Of a DNA stretch of 64,000 nt, positions 39,229 to 52,341 are shown in pieces. The notes under the pieces were generated by a model. That model saw only the letters and a list, made by a program, of their open reading frames with translations. It searched no databases and was not told the DNA's origin. This DNA comes from Octopus vulgaris (Eukaryota), in contig OX597818.1 of the NCBI GenBank assembly GCA_951406725.2, forward strand, positions 92,194,001 through 92,258,000, read 5' to 3'. Position 1 is the first letter of the stretch; every line of letters starts with the position of its first letter. The translations under genes and the position numbers were made by a program.

Positions 39229-39359
39229 GAAAATGGACAAAGTAAAAGAATGCATAGAGAACAAGAAACCTTGGATGGAACACTGTCACATCGATAACAT
39301 GATATCTTGGGATATGTTCCAGAAAGGTTTTGGCTATCTTTGTGGTGAAGGATATGATG
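39229..39359 (+). CDS. Host gene exon B: KMDKVKECIENKKPWMEHCHIDNMISWDMFQKGFGYLCGEGYD
   Basis: TTTTGTGCAG acceptor, GTAAGC donor; phase 2 in, phase 1 out. Confidence 0.85.
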
Positions 39360-39738
39360 GTAAGCTGATGTATTTTGAAATGCTGTTCAGTGCAGTGCTT
39401 GTAGCGTAGTGTAATGTACTGTGTTGTGTTGAGAGATGGCGGGGTATTGAGAGAGATTGAGACGGTTGTGGTTGGTTAAACCTCGGTCAATCCTTGATTG
39501 AGCGGAGCAATTATTAAAAACACCAAACTGTGCCCGTCCTTCTTTTTCGGAAGCATCTGCTACTTCGATAGCCATTGTAACTTGTTCTTATTTAAGACAG
39601 GAAGTTGTTATTTGAAAAAAAATTTGCTGCTATTTCTATCAGGTCGGACAATCTTGTGGAAGCTCACTCATTATCTTGTATATAGGGTTGTGCAGTCCGT
39701 GACCTAGTAGTTACAGTTTTGTGCGCATAATCATAAGT

Positions 39739-40040
39739 AGAGGCACATGGCCTAGTGGTTAGAGCAGCGGACTCGCGGTCCAGGGATCGCGGGTTCGAAT
39801 CTCAGACCGGACGATGTGTTTGTTTATGAGCGAAACACCTAAGCTCCACGCGGCTCCGGCAGAAGGTAATGACGAAACTTCTGCTGACTCTTTCGCCACA
39901 ACTTTCTCTCACTCTTTCCTCCTGCATCTTGCAGCTCACCTGCGACGGACCGGCGTCCCGTCCAGGTAGGGAACCTATTAGCCAAGAAACCGGGAAACCG
40001 GCCCTTATGAGCCAGGTATGGCTCGAGAAGGAACAAACAA
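39739..40040 (+). mobile_element. SINE family A (A'')
   Basis: GAGGCACATGGCCTAGTGGTTAGAGCAGCGG...GGTTCGAATCTC. Confidence 0.85.
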
Positions 40041-41174
40041 CAATATGATCATAAAGTCATGGGTTCGATTGCCGAAATGAGAAGCGCTATATAATTGAAC
40101 AAGGCATCTCAATCATTTAACGTTGCTCCAGTCTAGGCAGCTGAAAGTGAGCACCAACCGAGTGTTTGTACATCTTTCTTTTCTTTCATCGGTCATATCC
40201 TCAGTGTTTTGCTAGGTCCAAAAGTAGAACGGTCGAAGGTTGTCTACGCTAACTCAATAAAATAAAGAAATAGGTTGTCTACGCTAACTCGCATCTTCAT
40301 AGACACCTAAAACAATTGGCGAAAGCGTGTTCCAAGCAACCAACTCATGTTTCCTTGCGATTGACTGTTAAGCCAGTCATTTCCAGTCGTGTAATTGTGC
40401 TTATGCAGTGGTTAATGCGACGTAGTTGATGTGAGTATTTATTAAAAGTGAGATGATCTATCAAGCAACGTATTTCATCATCCACTTTTTGCTTACCTCC
40501 TCAACTCTACCTTCCATGAAATAACATTATTGACTATGCTTTATGTCATTTATTCTAGATAAAAAGTACCCGGATGTGAAATCCTCTCAATTCTGATATT
40601 GATAAATTCATCATTAATTTATTTTAAAATTCATCATTATAACTACCTCTGTAGCAACAAACGCTAAAAATGTTGTCATTTATTTACGCACTTTCATCTA
40701 CCAGAGTCCGTAATATACAATACACTGAAAAACGGAACTGAAATAAAGCCAAGATACACTTAGGTCTTTTAATGGCGCAGTACATCTTGCAATAGATTTA
40801 TACAAGAGACGGGAATGCAGAACTCATTAATTACTGGATACTTCCTTAGAATTTGCACCATTGACATTATATATCCTAGATATATATATAACAAGAAGAG
40901 AAATATGTCAAAATCTAGTGAATCTATTAAAATAATGTATCGCTTTCCAATCTCTGCTGCGGTATGAATGTTTCCGTTTACAGTACTTTGTAGATATCAA
41001 TGATTAAAACGTGTGGCGGCGGTAGACATCAGCTTTAATATTCATTAGCTGAACACTTCTGCATCAGGGAATTTGTGTGTTACTTAAAAACTCATTTGAA
41101 ACATGTCAATTGTTTTTACAAATTCAAATGTTCGAACACTCTGGGAATTCAAGAATCAATAGTGAAATAACTGG

Positions 41175-41720
41175 TTCTCATTTAGGCACAAGGCAGTAAT
41201 TTCAAGGTGAGGGGTTTAGTCAATACCCTCGAACTCCGTACTACACTGGTATTTAATTTTTTCGACCCTGGAGCGATGAAAAAATAAGTCGACCTTGGCA
41301 AAATTTAAACTAAGAATGTAAAGAGACATCTCCAAATACTGTTAAGTATTTGATCTAATGCTCTGGATATTCTGCCAGCTCGCCCCTTTCATTCGAGAAG
41401 TAATAACACATTCTTCTATAGGTACAAGGCCTGAAATTAGGTGGGAGTGGTAAGTCGATTATATTGACCCCAGCACTCAACACAGTTATCTCATCAAACC
41501 CGAAACAATGAAAGGCAAAGTCAACTTCGGTGATATTTGAGCTCAGAACAACAACACGGACGAAATGCCGTGAATCACATTGTCCGGCATGTTAAGGTTT
41601 CTGCCAGCTCGCTGCCTTAACTCGTGAATTAATATTTGTTTCAAATTTTGGCTCAAGGCCAGCAATTTTGGGGGAGGGGTAAGTCATTTAACATCGACCC
41701 TATTGCTCAACTTGTGAAGT
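41175..41720 (-). mobile_element. Cluster of diverged SINE family C copies
   Basis: Repeated GCACAAGG..GTCGATT..ATGAAAGGCAAAGTC..GCCAGCTCGC units. Confidence 0.65.
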
Positions 41721-42028
41721 AATATTGTAAACATGATAGCGAAATCATAAACCAAAAGAAAAAAGAACACCTGCAAAGTAGTCACAAACAATCATGAAAC
41801 AAGACAGCAATCGGACTGATAGGCAGAATCATAAGAACATCGGTTAAAATATGTTTCGGTATTTGTTCTGACTATATACAATCTGAGTTCAAATCCGGTA
41901 GAGTTCAACTTTACCATTCATCCTTTCGTAATCGATGAAATAATGTATCAGTCAAGTGCTAAGTTGATATAATGAATTGACCCCTTTCTTCCAAACTCCT
42001 AGCATTGGGCCCTATTTAGAGGTAATTA

Positions 42029-42260
42029 TTGGGTTTGTGCATAATTATTGTGGTTTTGTTTTTTCAACAAATTTTATTCAGCAAAAACAATAACAATTTT
42101 TAACAAAAACATCTTTAAATGACGGTCTGACCGTCTGCCAAGCAAATAGGAACCAGCAATTGAAGTAGTTGGTGAATAATGTTTTTGTTACATGTTGTTA
42201 TAGTTTTTGCTGAACAAAATTTGTTGAAAAAAGAGCCGCAATAATTATGCACCAACCCAA
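42029..42260. mobile_element. Mariner-derived MITE
   Basis: Long imperfect TIRs TTGGGTTTGTGCATAATTATTG / CAATAATTATGCACCAACCCAA with TA TSD; the centre retains a DRLPSK...IEVVGE transposase end. Confidence 0.85.
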
Positions 42261-42598
42261 TATAAAAGCATCCAGCCTTCCTCTTTTAATTCTTTTTCTA
42301 TTGAATAATAATTTCTAGCATTGGTTTGAAACCAGGATTTTGTGAGTAACGAAATCAAGTCATATAAATTTATAAGAATATAGGACAATTTTAACCAACC
42401 TGAAGGAGGGAAAGAATAATGAAAGAAAACGTAGAGAAAGAATGAAAAAGTTATGAAGTATGTGAATCCAGAAGTGTGAACGGATGTTACTGAATATTAT
42501 TAAGTATTGGATTCAATACTATCATTTCTCGTAAGGTTTCAATATAATCTAAAAATTCTATTTTTCCTTTATATTTACTAACTTTTTCATGTGTTCAG

Positions 42599-42740
42599 TG
42601 TATGCACAAAATTCAAGATGCCTATCCAACACACAAGTTAATGGTACAGTAAGACAATGTTCCAGAATTTGGTCACGCCAGTTACATGCAATTATATTAG
42701 ATGAACCACCACGGGCACAAAAGTACAAGAGAACATGCAG
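42599..42740 (+). CDS. Host gene exon C: VYAQNSRCLSNTQVNGTVRQCSRIWSRQLHAIILDEPPRAQKYKRTC
   Basis: Branch-like TACTAAC, TTCAG acceptor, CAG|GTAAGT donor; phase 1 in, phase 2 out. Confidence 0.88.
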
Positions 42741-42872
42741 GTAAGTAGTTTGCGTTTTTATTCTTACAATGGTTCTTCAAAAACTGCAATTTATGCAGGC
42801 GCACACACACACACATTTTCTTAGATAAATATGTTTCCACTATGTCATGTCTAACTTAATAGCCCACCCTAC

Positions 42873-43255
42873 CGGCGAGCTAGCAGAGTCGTTAGTATGT
42901 CGATTAAAATGTTTAGTGGCATATTGTCTGTCGACTTTTTAACTGTTGACTTTTTAACCTTTCAAGGTCGATAAAATAAGTACCAGTTAAGCCCTAGGGT
43001 CAATGTTGTCGACTTACCCCATCCTCAGAATTGCTGGCCTTGTGTGCCTGTGTTTGTACCCCCAACATCGCTTGACAACCGATGCTGGTGTGTTTACGTA
43101 CCCGTAACTTAGCGGTTCGGCAAATGAGACCGATAGAATAAGTACTAGGCTTACAAAGAATAAGTCCTAGGGGTCGATTTGCTCCACTAAAGGCGGTGCT
43201 CCAGCATGGCCACAATCAAATGACTGAAACAAGTAAAAGAGTAAAGAGTAAAGAG
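42873..43255 (+). mobile_element. SINE family C fragment fused to SINE family B 3' half
   Basis: GGCGAGCTAGCAGA head, then CCCCAACATCGCTTGACAACC...GTAAAAGAGTAAAGAG. Confidence 0.7.
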
Positions 43256-43354
43256 ACTGATGCAGTAGAATCCTCATATTTTCTATGCGTATTTAAATTG
43301 AAAACTAAACATTCTCTCGAAATCTACACATCACGCTTCTTGTTTATATTTTAG

Positions 43355-43488
43355 AATCCTGAAAGACTATCGGAGTTGTCTATCACATGGTATCCAGCGA
43401 TTCTGTTCCAAAGGTGCTGCACATGTCATGGTAAAGATGTGGGATTTATCATTAGCACCGTTTCGAGAGAAAATGATGTGTGATGAAA
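43355..43488 (+). CDS. Host gene exon D: RILKDYRSCLSHGIQRFCSKGAAHVMVKMWDLSLAPFREKMMCDE
   Basis: TTTTAG acceptor, GTAAGT donor; phase 2 in, phase 1 out. Confidence 0.88.
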
Positions 43489-43933
43489 GTAAGTAAACAA
43501 ATTATTTCCTGTTCTATTGCTATTGTTACTGGTATCCTAAAAAATAAAAGTTTTTTTCGAAATTGAAACTCATTTTTATTACATTCTTTCGATGCTCAAC
43601 CGTGTGAGTACTGTGGGGGATTTTCCTCTCTGTGTGCTCCATGCATGAGAACAGTGTTTGCTTAATTTTCCCTTTTTTCTGTACTTTCGAGCGTTCTACC
43701 GTCTAGTGTGTTTACCGTGCACAGAAAGGTTACTTTCGCATATTGTGTATATATGTGATCGTTTGGTTTTTGTTATACATTTTTCTACATAATTCATTGA
43801 ATCATTTCCATTAAATCATTATCGGCGCTGTATCAATAGGTGTTCGAAGTTTCCATGATTCACGTGTGGGTAACTTTTTCAGAAGTTTCCTCATAGTCAA
43901 TCCACGTTATACTCAGATCATTCTTTCCTTAGT

Positions 43934-44235
43934 GGAGGCGCATGGCCTAGTGGTTAGAGCAGCGGACTCACGGTCGAGGGATCGCGGGTTCGAATCTTAG
44001 ACCGGGTGATGTGTGTGTTTATGAGCGAACCCTACACCTAAGCTCCACGTGTCTCCGGCAGAAGGTAATGGTGAACTACTGTTGACTCTTTCGCCACAAC
44101 TTTCTCTCACTGTTTCCACCTGCATCTTGCATCTCACCTGCGACGGACCGGCGTCCCGTCCAGGTGGGGAATTTCTACGCCACTGCAACCGGGAAACCGG
44201 CCCTTATGAGCCTGGCATGGCTCGGGAAGGAACAT
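43934..44235 (+). mobile_element. SINE family A (A'')
   Basis: Same as the 39739 copy. Confidence 0.85.
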
Positions 44236-44690
44236 TCTTTCCCTACGTTCATTTATAATTATTTTCTTGATTCTTACAGTTACGTGAACTTTTGTAGTAT
44301 CCTTTCTGCACTTCTAAAAATATGTAATTTATTTGTTCAGTTATACATTTTATCTGTCTGATAGATCTTTGAAAGTTCTAAGGCAAGTTACTAGCCTGTA
44401 ATCTTAAGGTCTGCTGATTCATTTTCTGTTCACTATTTTTCTGTAAGGAGATTCCATTTCCTATAACTGCCACAAGACTAGTTAGAGGTCCGGGTGTCAC
44501 TGCTTCTTACAGTAATATTTTGAAATTTTGAGAGTTGTCTCCCTTGCAACATGTGAGTCTAAATCTTATAAATAACGAATTATTCCAAATGTTATGGTTA
44601 CAGTTCTTTAAAACGTTTCTTTCTTAACACTTGAAGTAAGGAAACGTCCACTTAGGTATGTATTCCCTATTCAGGAGACACAATGTACAT

Positions 44691-44724
<34 letters not shown>

Positions 44725-44725
<1 letters not shown>

Positions 44726-44941
44726 CGTTTCAAATTTTATCACAAGGGCAGCCATTTTGTGGGGAGGTATTCAGCCGATTATATCGACCGCAATGTTTAA
44801 TTGGTACTTACTTTATAGACCTCGAAAGAATGAAAAGCAAAGTTGATCTCGGCAATATTTGAACTCAGAATGTAAAAACGAACGAAATGCCGTTAAGCAT
44901 TTTCACAGGCGTGTTAACGATTCTACCAGCACGCCGCCTTT
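44725..44941 (-). mobile_element. SINE family C next to (TAA)n
   Basis: Core and head match the other C copies. Confidence 0.7.
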
Positions 44942-44959
44942 AAATAATATTAATAATAA

Positions 44960-46910
44960 TCTTTTTTAATTGATCACAAGTGCTGAACAAAAAACGAAAA
45001 GAGACAATACAACACAAAGGACAAGTGGAGCTTAGCACAGAAATTCGTGTATAAGAAAGGGGAACAGGAACAATTAATACCAAAATTTCAACAATAAAAT
45101 TTCTCTAATGAGGAGTATTTCGCCCAGAGATAGCCAAGGAACTCCACATATCCTGGTTACCCCGATCGCCACGGTAACCTCAGCAGATGCCGCTCTCTTC
45201 AACTCTTCCATTTTACAAACCTACGCTCAGAGTTGGCTCATTCACATGGATCATCATCGCCACATTCACCCGACTTTCAACAAAAATATTGGATGGAAGC
45301 AGTACTTCTCTTTCGACCAACACTTTTGTTTTCAAGTGAATCTTGGAAACGTTGATAATGGCTTCGCCAAAGAATGTCTTCAGTCCTTTCAAACTCGTCC
45401 ACCACACTACCTCTTTCGCCATAGCCACCAGATACAGGCAAACTACTTTCCCTTCCCGGCTAAAACAAAGCAGCAGTGAAATCTTCACGGTGGATTCAGC
45501 TAACCAGATCTAACCTACATCTGTCAACAGTTCGACAAATTTCCACACGTCAGTAATGCCCGGATACTCGACGGGTGCATGCAGAACGGTTTCCTTGCCC
45601 TGCGCACATGTCGGGCTGGCCGTTCTTATAGCACTTCCGTGCTTGTAGAGCTTTTCCCCTAACCAGCAGAGTTCCCTGGCAACACTGCCAGGTCAGGGAT
45701 TTCTAAAAATTATCCTTAAACCCCGGCTCGAAAGTCCTCCGGTAAAGACAAGCTAATTGATCCCTCTCAATACTCTCAGGACGTCCCTTCCACAGAAAAC
45801 AGAAGAGCAAGCGATCCAGCTTGATCAGCCACGAAGCAGAGAAAGAGACAAAGGACAGGCGATAGTAGATAACGAAAGTGATGTACTCATTCTCCACTTC
45901 TGTCCGACCTTTCAGGGACCGCTACCTCTGTACCCATTTCAAAGTGAGACTGGCCACCCTCTTCGTCACCTCTTCACAATTTTTGTCCACCTGGAAGTCC
46001 GGACCAAACCAAACCCCAAGCAATTTAACCGGTCCTTCCGTCCAACGTCCTATGATGTTGTCACTCGGCATGGACCTATCTCTTCAGGTCCGAGCTGCAG
46101 GCCCATCGACTTCTAGTTAATCTTTGCTCCTGTCACCGCTTCGTACTCCCTTGAATTAGTGTCGATCCGACACTATTACAGTGACAGCGTCTGCATAAGC
46201 CAAAACGAACCTACCGTATTATTGTTCACGAGAGATACCCCTCGAATATCCAACTTTCTTAGTAATGGCTCGAGAGCAAACACGTACAGAAGGAGAAAGA
46301 GTGGACAATTTTGACGGATGGAACGTGCGATGCTAAACGATTCCGATAAAGAGCTATTTACTTTGACCACTGAATAGATGTCGCTGTACAAAAAAGGACA
46401 GACACACGGATTAAGTCGATTACATCGACCCCAGTGCGTAACTGGTACTTAATTTATCGACCCCGAAAGGATGAAAGGCAAGTCGACCTCGGCGGAATTT
46501 GAACTCAGAACGTAACGGCAGACGAAATACGGCTACGCATTTCGCCCGGCGTGCTAACGATTCTGCCAGCTCACCGCCTTGCCTACCATCTATCAGACGT
46601 AGCCCGTGAAGAGGAGGTTGCCGAGGATAGATATGTTTAGGATCGCGCTGATCACAAATTTGTGGTCAATGTAATCTACGCTTTTGAAACGTGGACAACT
46701 TATGCCACTTCTATCTGCAGGCCTACAAAATACTTTATCTAGATACTATTTGGAAAATCTGATGTCGTTTGCCCGTGTCCACATCAATGCATTCCGCAAA
46801 TTCAGTCAGTTTCTGTTGGTCAATCGGAAGCGACTTAGCAGATTTATGATGTTTTTACACACACATGCACACCTCCTATCGGCTAGCCCCACCCTATTCC
46901 TGCAGATAGG
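44960..46910 (-). mobile_element. Decayed, internally deleted L1/Tx1-clade LINE (APE remnant, RT, zinc knuckle), interrupted by a SINE at 46390-46580
   Basis: SESFSIARSIRQNCPLFLLLYVFALEPLLRKL (RT), KLDRLLFCFLWKG, ETVLH (knuckle), KEVVWW..; YLDKVF and DHKFV (APE) near 46660-46750. Confidence 0.75.
46390..46580 (-). mobile_element. Young SINE family C copy
   Basis: Near-consensus C sequence. Confidence 0.85.
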
Positions 46911-47130
46911 GCTCAAATATGTTAACACGATAAGATTATGCTTCGACCCCAGGGCTTATTCTTTGTAAGCCTAGTACTTAATCTATCGGTCTCTTTTGGC
47001 GAACTGCTAAGTAATTGGGAAGAAAACACACCAGCATCGGCTGTCAAGCGATGGTGGGGGACAGAAACAGACACGCACACAAATACACACACACACACAC
47101 ACACACTCACGCACGAACGCACGCACACAC

Positions 47131-47194
<64 letters not shown>

Positions 47195-47197
<3 letters not shown>

Positions 47198-47502
47198 TGT
47201 GATCACCGTGACCGACCAGACTATCAGATGTTTTACACATCGCTGGTCACAATGCGCTTCGCATTGTTTTAGCCTTCAAATGACGCCACTCCGCTGGCTA
47301 AGTGAGCAGGCCAACAGAAGAATGAATCAGAGAAAGTTGTGGCGAAAGAGTACAGCAGGGATCGCCACCACCCACTGCCGGAGCCTCGTGGAGCTTTGGG
47401 GGTTTTCGCTCAATAATCACTCACAACGCCCAGTCTGGGAATCGAAACCGCGATCCTACAACCGCGAGTCCGCTGCCCTAACCACTGGGCCATTGCGTCT
47501 CC
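47195..47502 (-). mobile_element. SINE family A, tail variant A'
   Basis: Matches 7199-7490. Confidence 0.85.
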
Positions 47503-47518
47503 ACTTACAATGTGTGAC

Positions 47519-47749
<231 letters not shown>

Positions 47750-48524
47750 ATTTATATATATATATATATATATACGACGGGCTTCTTTCAGTTTCAACTA
47801 AATCCACTCACAAGGCTTTGATCGGCCCGAGGCTATAGTAGAAGACACTGGCCTAAGGTGCCACGCAGTGGGACTGAACCCGGAACCATGTGGTAGGGAA
47901 GCAAGCTTCTTACAGCACAGCCACGCTGCGCCAATGTAAGGCAATTGATAAGGATTTGGGCATCATATCCTATTGGCCTCGATCGTTTTTACCCCATTTT
48001 TCCATATTTTCAATATGTCCAAATGTAGCTTTTTACTTAAGAGTTACTATACGTTAGTATAGTATACTGTTGCAGCAACGAATCAGGCTTGTGAAAGGTC
48101 TACTCTGCAGGCCATTTATTTTTCATTTAGGTTACTTACAGGGAACGACGTACTGGTTTTTTTATGCCAATTCTTTACTCATCAAGTATTAAGCCAAAAC
48201 GGGAAAAACAAAAATGTTTACTCGTCAAAGAAGTTCATAAATTACATGTATTGAATGCATTCATAGATACTAGATTTTAAATTTCACTTAAAAGGACGCA
48301 CTTTCTAATAAAATCTGCACCTCCATTTCGTAAAATTAATTACTGCGTGCGTAGTATAGGCTACACCTGATCAACACGCCTAAAAGCTGTACGCTATTTA
48401 ACCACTAGCTATTATCCTCATTTAGTCTACTGCACACAAACCATAAATGGCAATTGTAAATACCTTATAATTCTGTGTATGCATGTTTCGTAATGAGGAC
48501 AACGGCATCACTGTCGAAAATAAT

Positions 48525-49180
48525 TGTTTCAAATTTTAGCACAAGGCTAGCAATTTTAGGGCCATGTTTATTGGATTACATCTATGTGACTGGTACTCTA
48601 TTTTATCGACTCCGAAAGAATAAAAGTCACAACTGACTTCGATGGAATTGTAATTCAGGAAGCAAATAGTCAGAAGAAATGCTGCTAAGTTTGTTTGTTT
48701 GTTTTTTTTGTGTTCGACATCTTAACGGTTCTTATTTCTTTATTGCCCACAAGGGGCTAAACATAGAGGGGACAAACAAGGACAGACAAAGGGATTAAGT
48801 CGATTACATTGACCCCAGTGCGAAACTGGTACTTAATTTATCGACCCCGAAAGGATGAAAGGCAAAGTCGACTTCGGCGGAATCTGAACTGACAACATAA
48901 CGGCAGACGAAATACCTATTTCTTTATTACCCACAAGGGGCTAAACATAGAGGGGACAAACATGGACAGACATAGGTATTAAGTCGATTATATCGACCCC
49001 AGTGCTTAACTGGTACTTAATTTATCGACCCCGAAAGGATGAAAGGCAAAGTCGACCTCGGCGGAATTTGAACTCACAACGTAACAGCAGACGAAATACC
49101 GCCAAGTATTTCATCCTGCACGCTAACGTTTCTGCCAGCTCGCCGTCGACATCTTAACAGTTCTGCTAGCTCGGCGCCTT
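48525..49180 (-). mobile_element. Tandem/nested SINE family C copies
   Basis: Two near-identical units at ~48730-48915 and ~48916-49145 inside an older copy. Confidence 0.85.
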
Positions 49181-49539
49181 AATACTGTCGAAAATAATAG
49201 CACTAAAATTAATAACAAGACTGTTTTCAACAATGTTTGTTTTGTTTAGTCTCAACATCCTCTTTAAGAAATATTACACATGGGTACTTTTAATAGCTCA
49301 TCTTAAATAACGCACACTTTCCACGAAACGGAAAATTCAAATCCAACTGATAGGGTTTATTTATCCCACCAGCAATGGCTAAAACTATTCAACGGAGAGG
49401 CGTATGCACTATAACCCTTACCTTCACAAAATATAATTCCTGAGGAACACGCTACCCTGCACTCGAGCACGATGTAACACCATAGGAAGAAATCAAAAGT
49501 GAACTCTGCAAATCACTATTCTGTGTCTTCTCCTTCCAG

Positions 49540-49682
49540 TGGAACCATCTCCTCCAATGGAACACGCCATCATCGCTGGAGTACTCTCTTTCCTTCTGGT
49601 GCTCATCATTGGTCTTTGTTTCCTGCGTAGACGCTACGTGCAAGCTAGGATGTACCAAAAATTCAAGAAAATCTGGAAATAA
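49540..49682 (+). CDS. Alternative terminal exon T1 (transmembrane plus short tail): EPSPPMEHAIIAGVLSFLLVLIIGLCFLRRRYVQARMYQKFKKIWK-stop
   Basis: Strong pyrimidine tract TTCTGTGTCTTCTCCTTCCAG; phase 1 matches exon D; ~20-aa hydrophobic run followed by RRR; AATAAA overlaps the stop. Confidence 0.7.
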
Positions 49683-49769
49683 ACGACTTCGGTTAACTTC
49701 ATCTCGATATCATTACACCTCCTCAAAATACATAGTCCCACTAAACTTATATTGATGATATTAGCAACC

Positions 49770-49825
<56 letters not shown>

Positions 49826-49837
49826 CATTATTATTAT

Positions 49838-50182
49838 CTTTCTTCAAATTTCTTCCGTTTCTCGCCGGGTGTTTTCCGTACACCTAGGGCAGAGAAGCTC
49901 ATGGTATGCATTCCTAGATTACGCACGCAAATTCACAGGTAAAATATGTATTTAAAAAACTAATAAATAAATAAAATTCATGAATGGATGTTCTTTTCAC
50001 AGCAATAATGCTCTTCTCAGTACATGAGCCGTTCCACTCAACGCGATTTTTTGCACTTCCTGTAGGGATGGTAAGCCTGGCATCAATTTCAAATAGGTTT
50101 CAGTACCTGCTTTTGTCATTCCTAGAGATCCTACAATCACTAGTACTGTAGTCACCTTAAGATGCCACATTTTTTCAATTTC

Positions 50183-50185
<3 letters not shown>
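49838..50185 (-). mobile_element. 5'-truncated copy of a Dong/R4-like LINE flanked by (TAA)n on both sides
   Basis: IEIEKMWHLKVTTVLVIVGSLGMTKAGTETYLKLMPGLPSLQEVQKIALSGTAHVLRRALLL aligns with the C-terminus of ORF 22-978; the 3' UTR motif is shared. Confidence 0.9.
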
Positions 50186-50230
<45 letters not shown>

Positions 50231-50846
50231 CCCTCAAAATACTTAGTCTCACTAAACTTATACTGATGATATTAGCAACCATTATTGTTGTTGGATTGTT
50301 TTAATATGAGGTGTCTTACCAGAGACCTCAAATGAGAGCAAGTTCTACGTTTTACTATGGCTGTTATCTACGATTAGCAATGACATGTTGGGGGAAACAC
50401 TGTGGGATTCTGGGAATTAAGATACTGTTAAATCTGTAATACTTTCGATTTGTGAAAGTGTTTTCAAGAGAATCAGATATTCACAGGTTTTATAACTAAA
50501 GATGCTAAAAGATGAGTTGCCAGGCAACTGAAAACTCCGAAATCTCGGAGAAAGGGGAAAAATGAAATGAAGAAGGTTGCATTTACAGGGAGCGGAATTA
50601 ATGTAGAATATGTAAGGCTGCCAGGGATTTGGCTTCCATATTTGTTTACTCCTCTTGATATTATTCCAAATGCCCTAATAACAATAGGTCTTATTTATTG
50701 GTGCTTTGAGATGCCATAATATTCTTATTAAAATCAAAATCTATGTCCTTATATTTACTCAGTTTTTTTAAGCGCTTTCAGTGATGTACTGTTGTTTTTG
50801 CTGTTGTTGTTGTTGTTGCTGTTGTTGTTTTTATTATTGCTATTAT

Positions 50847-51200
50847 AAGGCGGTGAGCTGGTAGAATCGATAGCACCCTGAGTGAAATGCTTAGCGGTAT
50901 TTCTGAGTTCAAATTCCGCTGAGGTCGACTTTGCCTTTCCAAGATCGATAAATTAAGTACCAGTGAAACACTGGAGTCGGTGTGATCAACTAGTCCCCTC
51001 CCCACAAATTTCAGGCCTTGTGCCTATAGTAGAAAGGATTATTATTATTATTACGTTCTGAGTTCAAATTCCGCCGAGGTCCACTTTGCTTTTCATCCTT
51101 CTGGATCAATAAATTAAGAAACAGTTACACAATGGGAGTTGATGTAATCGACTAGCCCCTACTCCTCATTTTCAGGCCTTGTGTCTATAGCAGAAAGGAT
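50847..51200 (+). mobile_element. Two SINE family C copies
   Basis: AAGGCGGTGAGCTGGTAGAATCG head and repeated core. Confidence 0.75.
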
Positions 51201-51424
51201 TATTACTATGATAATGGTTAATTTATAATCATTATTATTTTGGTGCTACTACATTGCACAATAGAGTGCTGCCCTCTGCATGCCTTGAGCATGCCTTGAG
51301 TACATGCAATTTTTTTTTCCACAGTTTTTATAGTATGAAAATCCATACTTAATTAAATACAGTGTCTAATACGGATGTCGTAATCAAAATTCTCTACGTA
51401 ATAAGTAAGTAATGGTTTTTAGTA

Positions 51425-51618
51425 CCATGGGCCCGTCAGTCCATCGCAGCGTTACTCAAGAAACAGGAAGAGAGAGTGAGAGAAAGTTCTGCCGGAGTCT
51501 CGTGGAGCTTTTAGTTGTTTTTGCTCAATAAACACACACAACGCCCGGTCTGGGAATCGAAACCGCGATCGTCTGACCGCGAGTCCGCTGCCATAACCAT
51601 TGGGCCATTGCACCTCCA
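51425..51618 (-). mobile_element. SINE family A (internally deleted)
   Basis: Head GGAGGTGCAATGGCCCAATGG on the minus strand. Confidence 0.75.
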
Positions 51619-52146
51619 CCGTTCAACAATACATTTATATAATACATGTGCAATGCGTGGTAGTTGTATTATCAGTATATTGCTTACGTTGTTTATATGT
51701 TTATATGTTATAAAGGGAATTGTTTCAGTGTTCAAACCCACATTCAGCTCATATGTATTATAACATCTTTATATGTGGATAGTTTGCATTTGTATTTGAT
51801 GTGAACTCTTGTGTTGTAATATATTTTATTGTAGCTCGGGAAAGTCATTTGCCAATAATAAACACGCGCACAGGTCATATTTCATGTTTTTTTTTATATA
51901 TTTTTATATTTGTCAATTGGTTAACTATTTAACCGATCAAGCAATAAAGACCCTACCGAAATATATAGTGAGTGTTTTCATTTTGCTTGAAGATATATCA
52001 TTGCGTGTTGAGATTAAGACATCGATAAGGATGCTCTTCATTTACTTGTATTCTTTTACAACAGTGGAAATGAAATGAAGAAAAGCATACATATTGTATA
52101 AGGTATGTGAACACGACACATGTAACGTGCAGTCTTTCTGATACAG

Positions 52147-52313
52147 GAAAGCCTTTAACCAGAGTCAGTCAAGGAGCCTCACTGATCCAGATTCCCTTTT
52201 ACCACCAGGGATACAAGCCATCACTCATCTGTTATTCCCCAATCTGTAGGCGCTATTTTCGCGTTGTTCTGCCCACCATCGTAATCATTTTTGCCACCAT
52301 CACCTACATTTAG
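52147..52313 (+). CDS. Alternative terminal exon T2 (hydrophobic C-terminus, GPI-signal-like): KPLTRVSQGASLIQIPFYHQGYKPSLICYSPICRRYFRVVLPTIVIIFATITYI-stop
   Basis: TCTTTCTGATACAG acceptor in phase 1; open frame ending in a ~16-aa hydrophobic segment with no cytoplasmic tail. Confidence 0.5.
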
Positions 52314-52341
52314 AGAAATTTGCGGAACTTGGAAAAGTCCT

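Noticed and set aside
48730-49145. Tandem repeats that superficially resemble a repeat-spacer array
   Set aside because: They are tandem SINE C units in a eukaryotic context, with no unique spacers or cas genes; not CRISPR.
48131-49293. Further phase-1 acceptors (48131, 49249) giving short in-frame peptides after exon D
   Set aside because: The peptides are short and featureless, as expected by chance in AT-rich introns.
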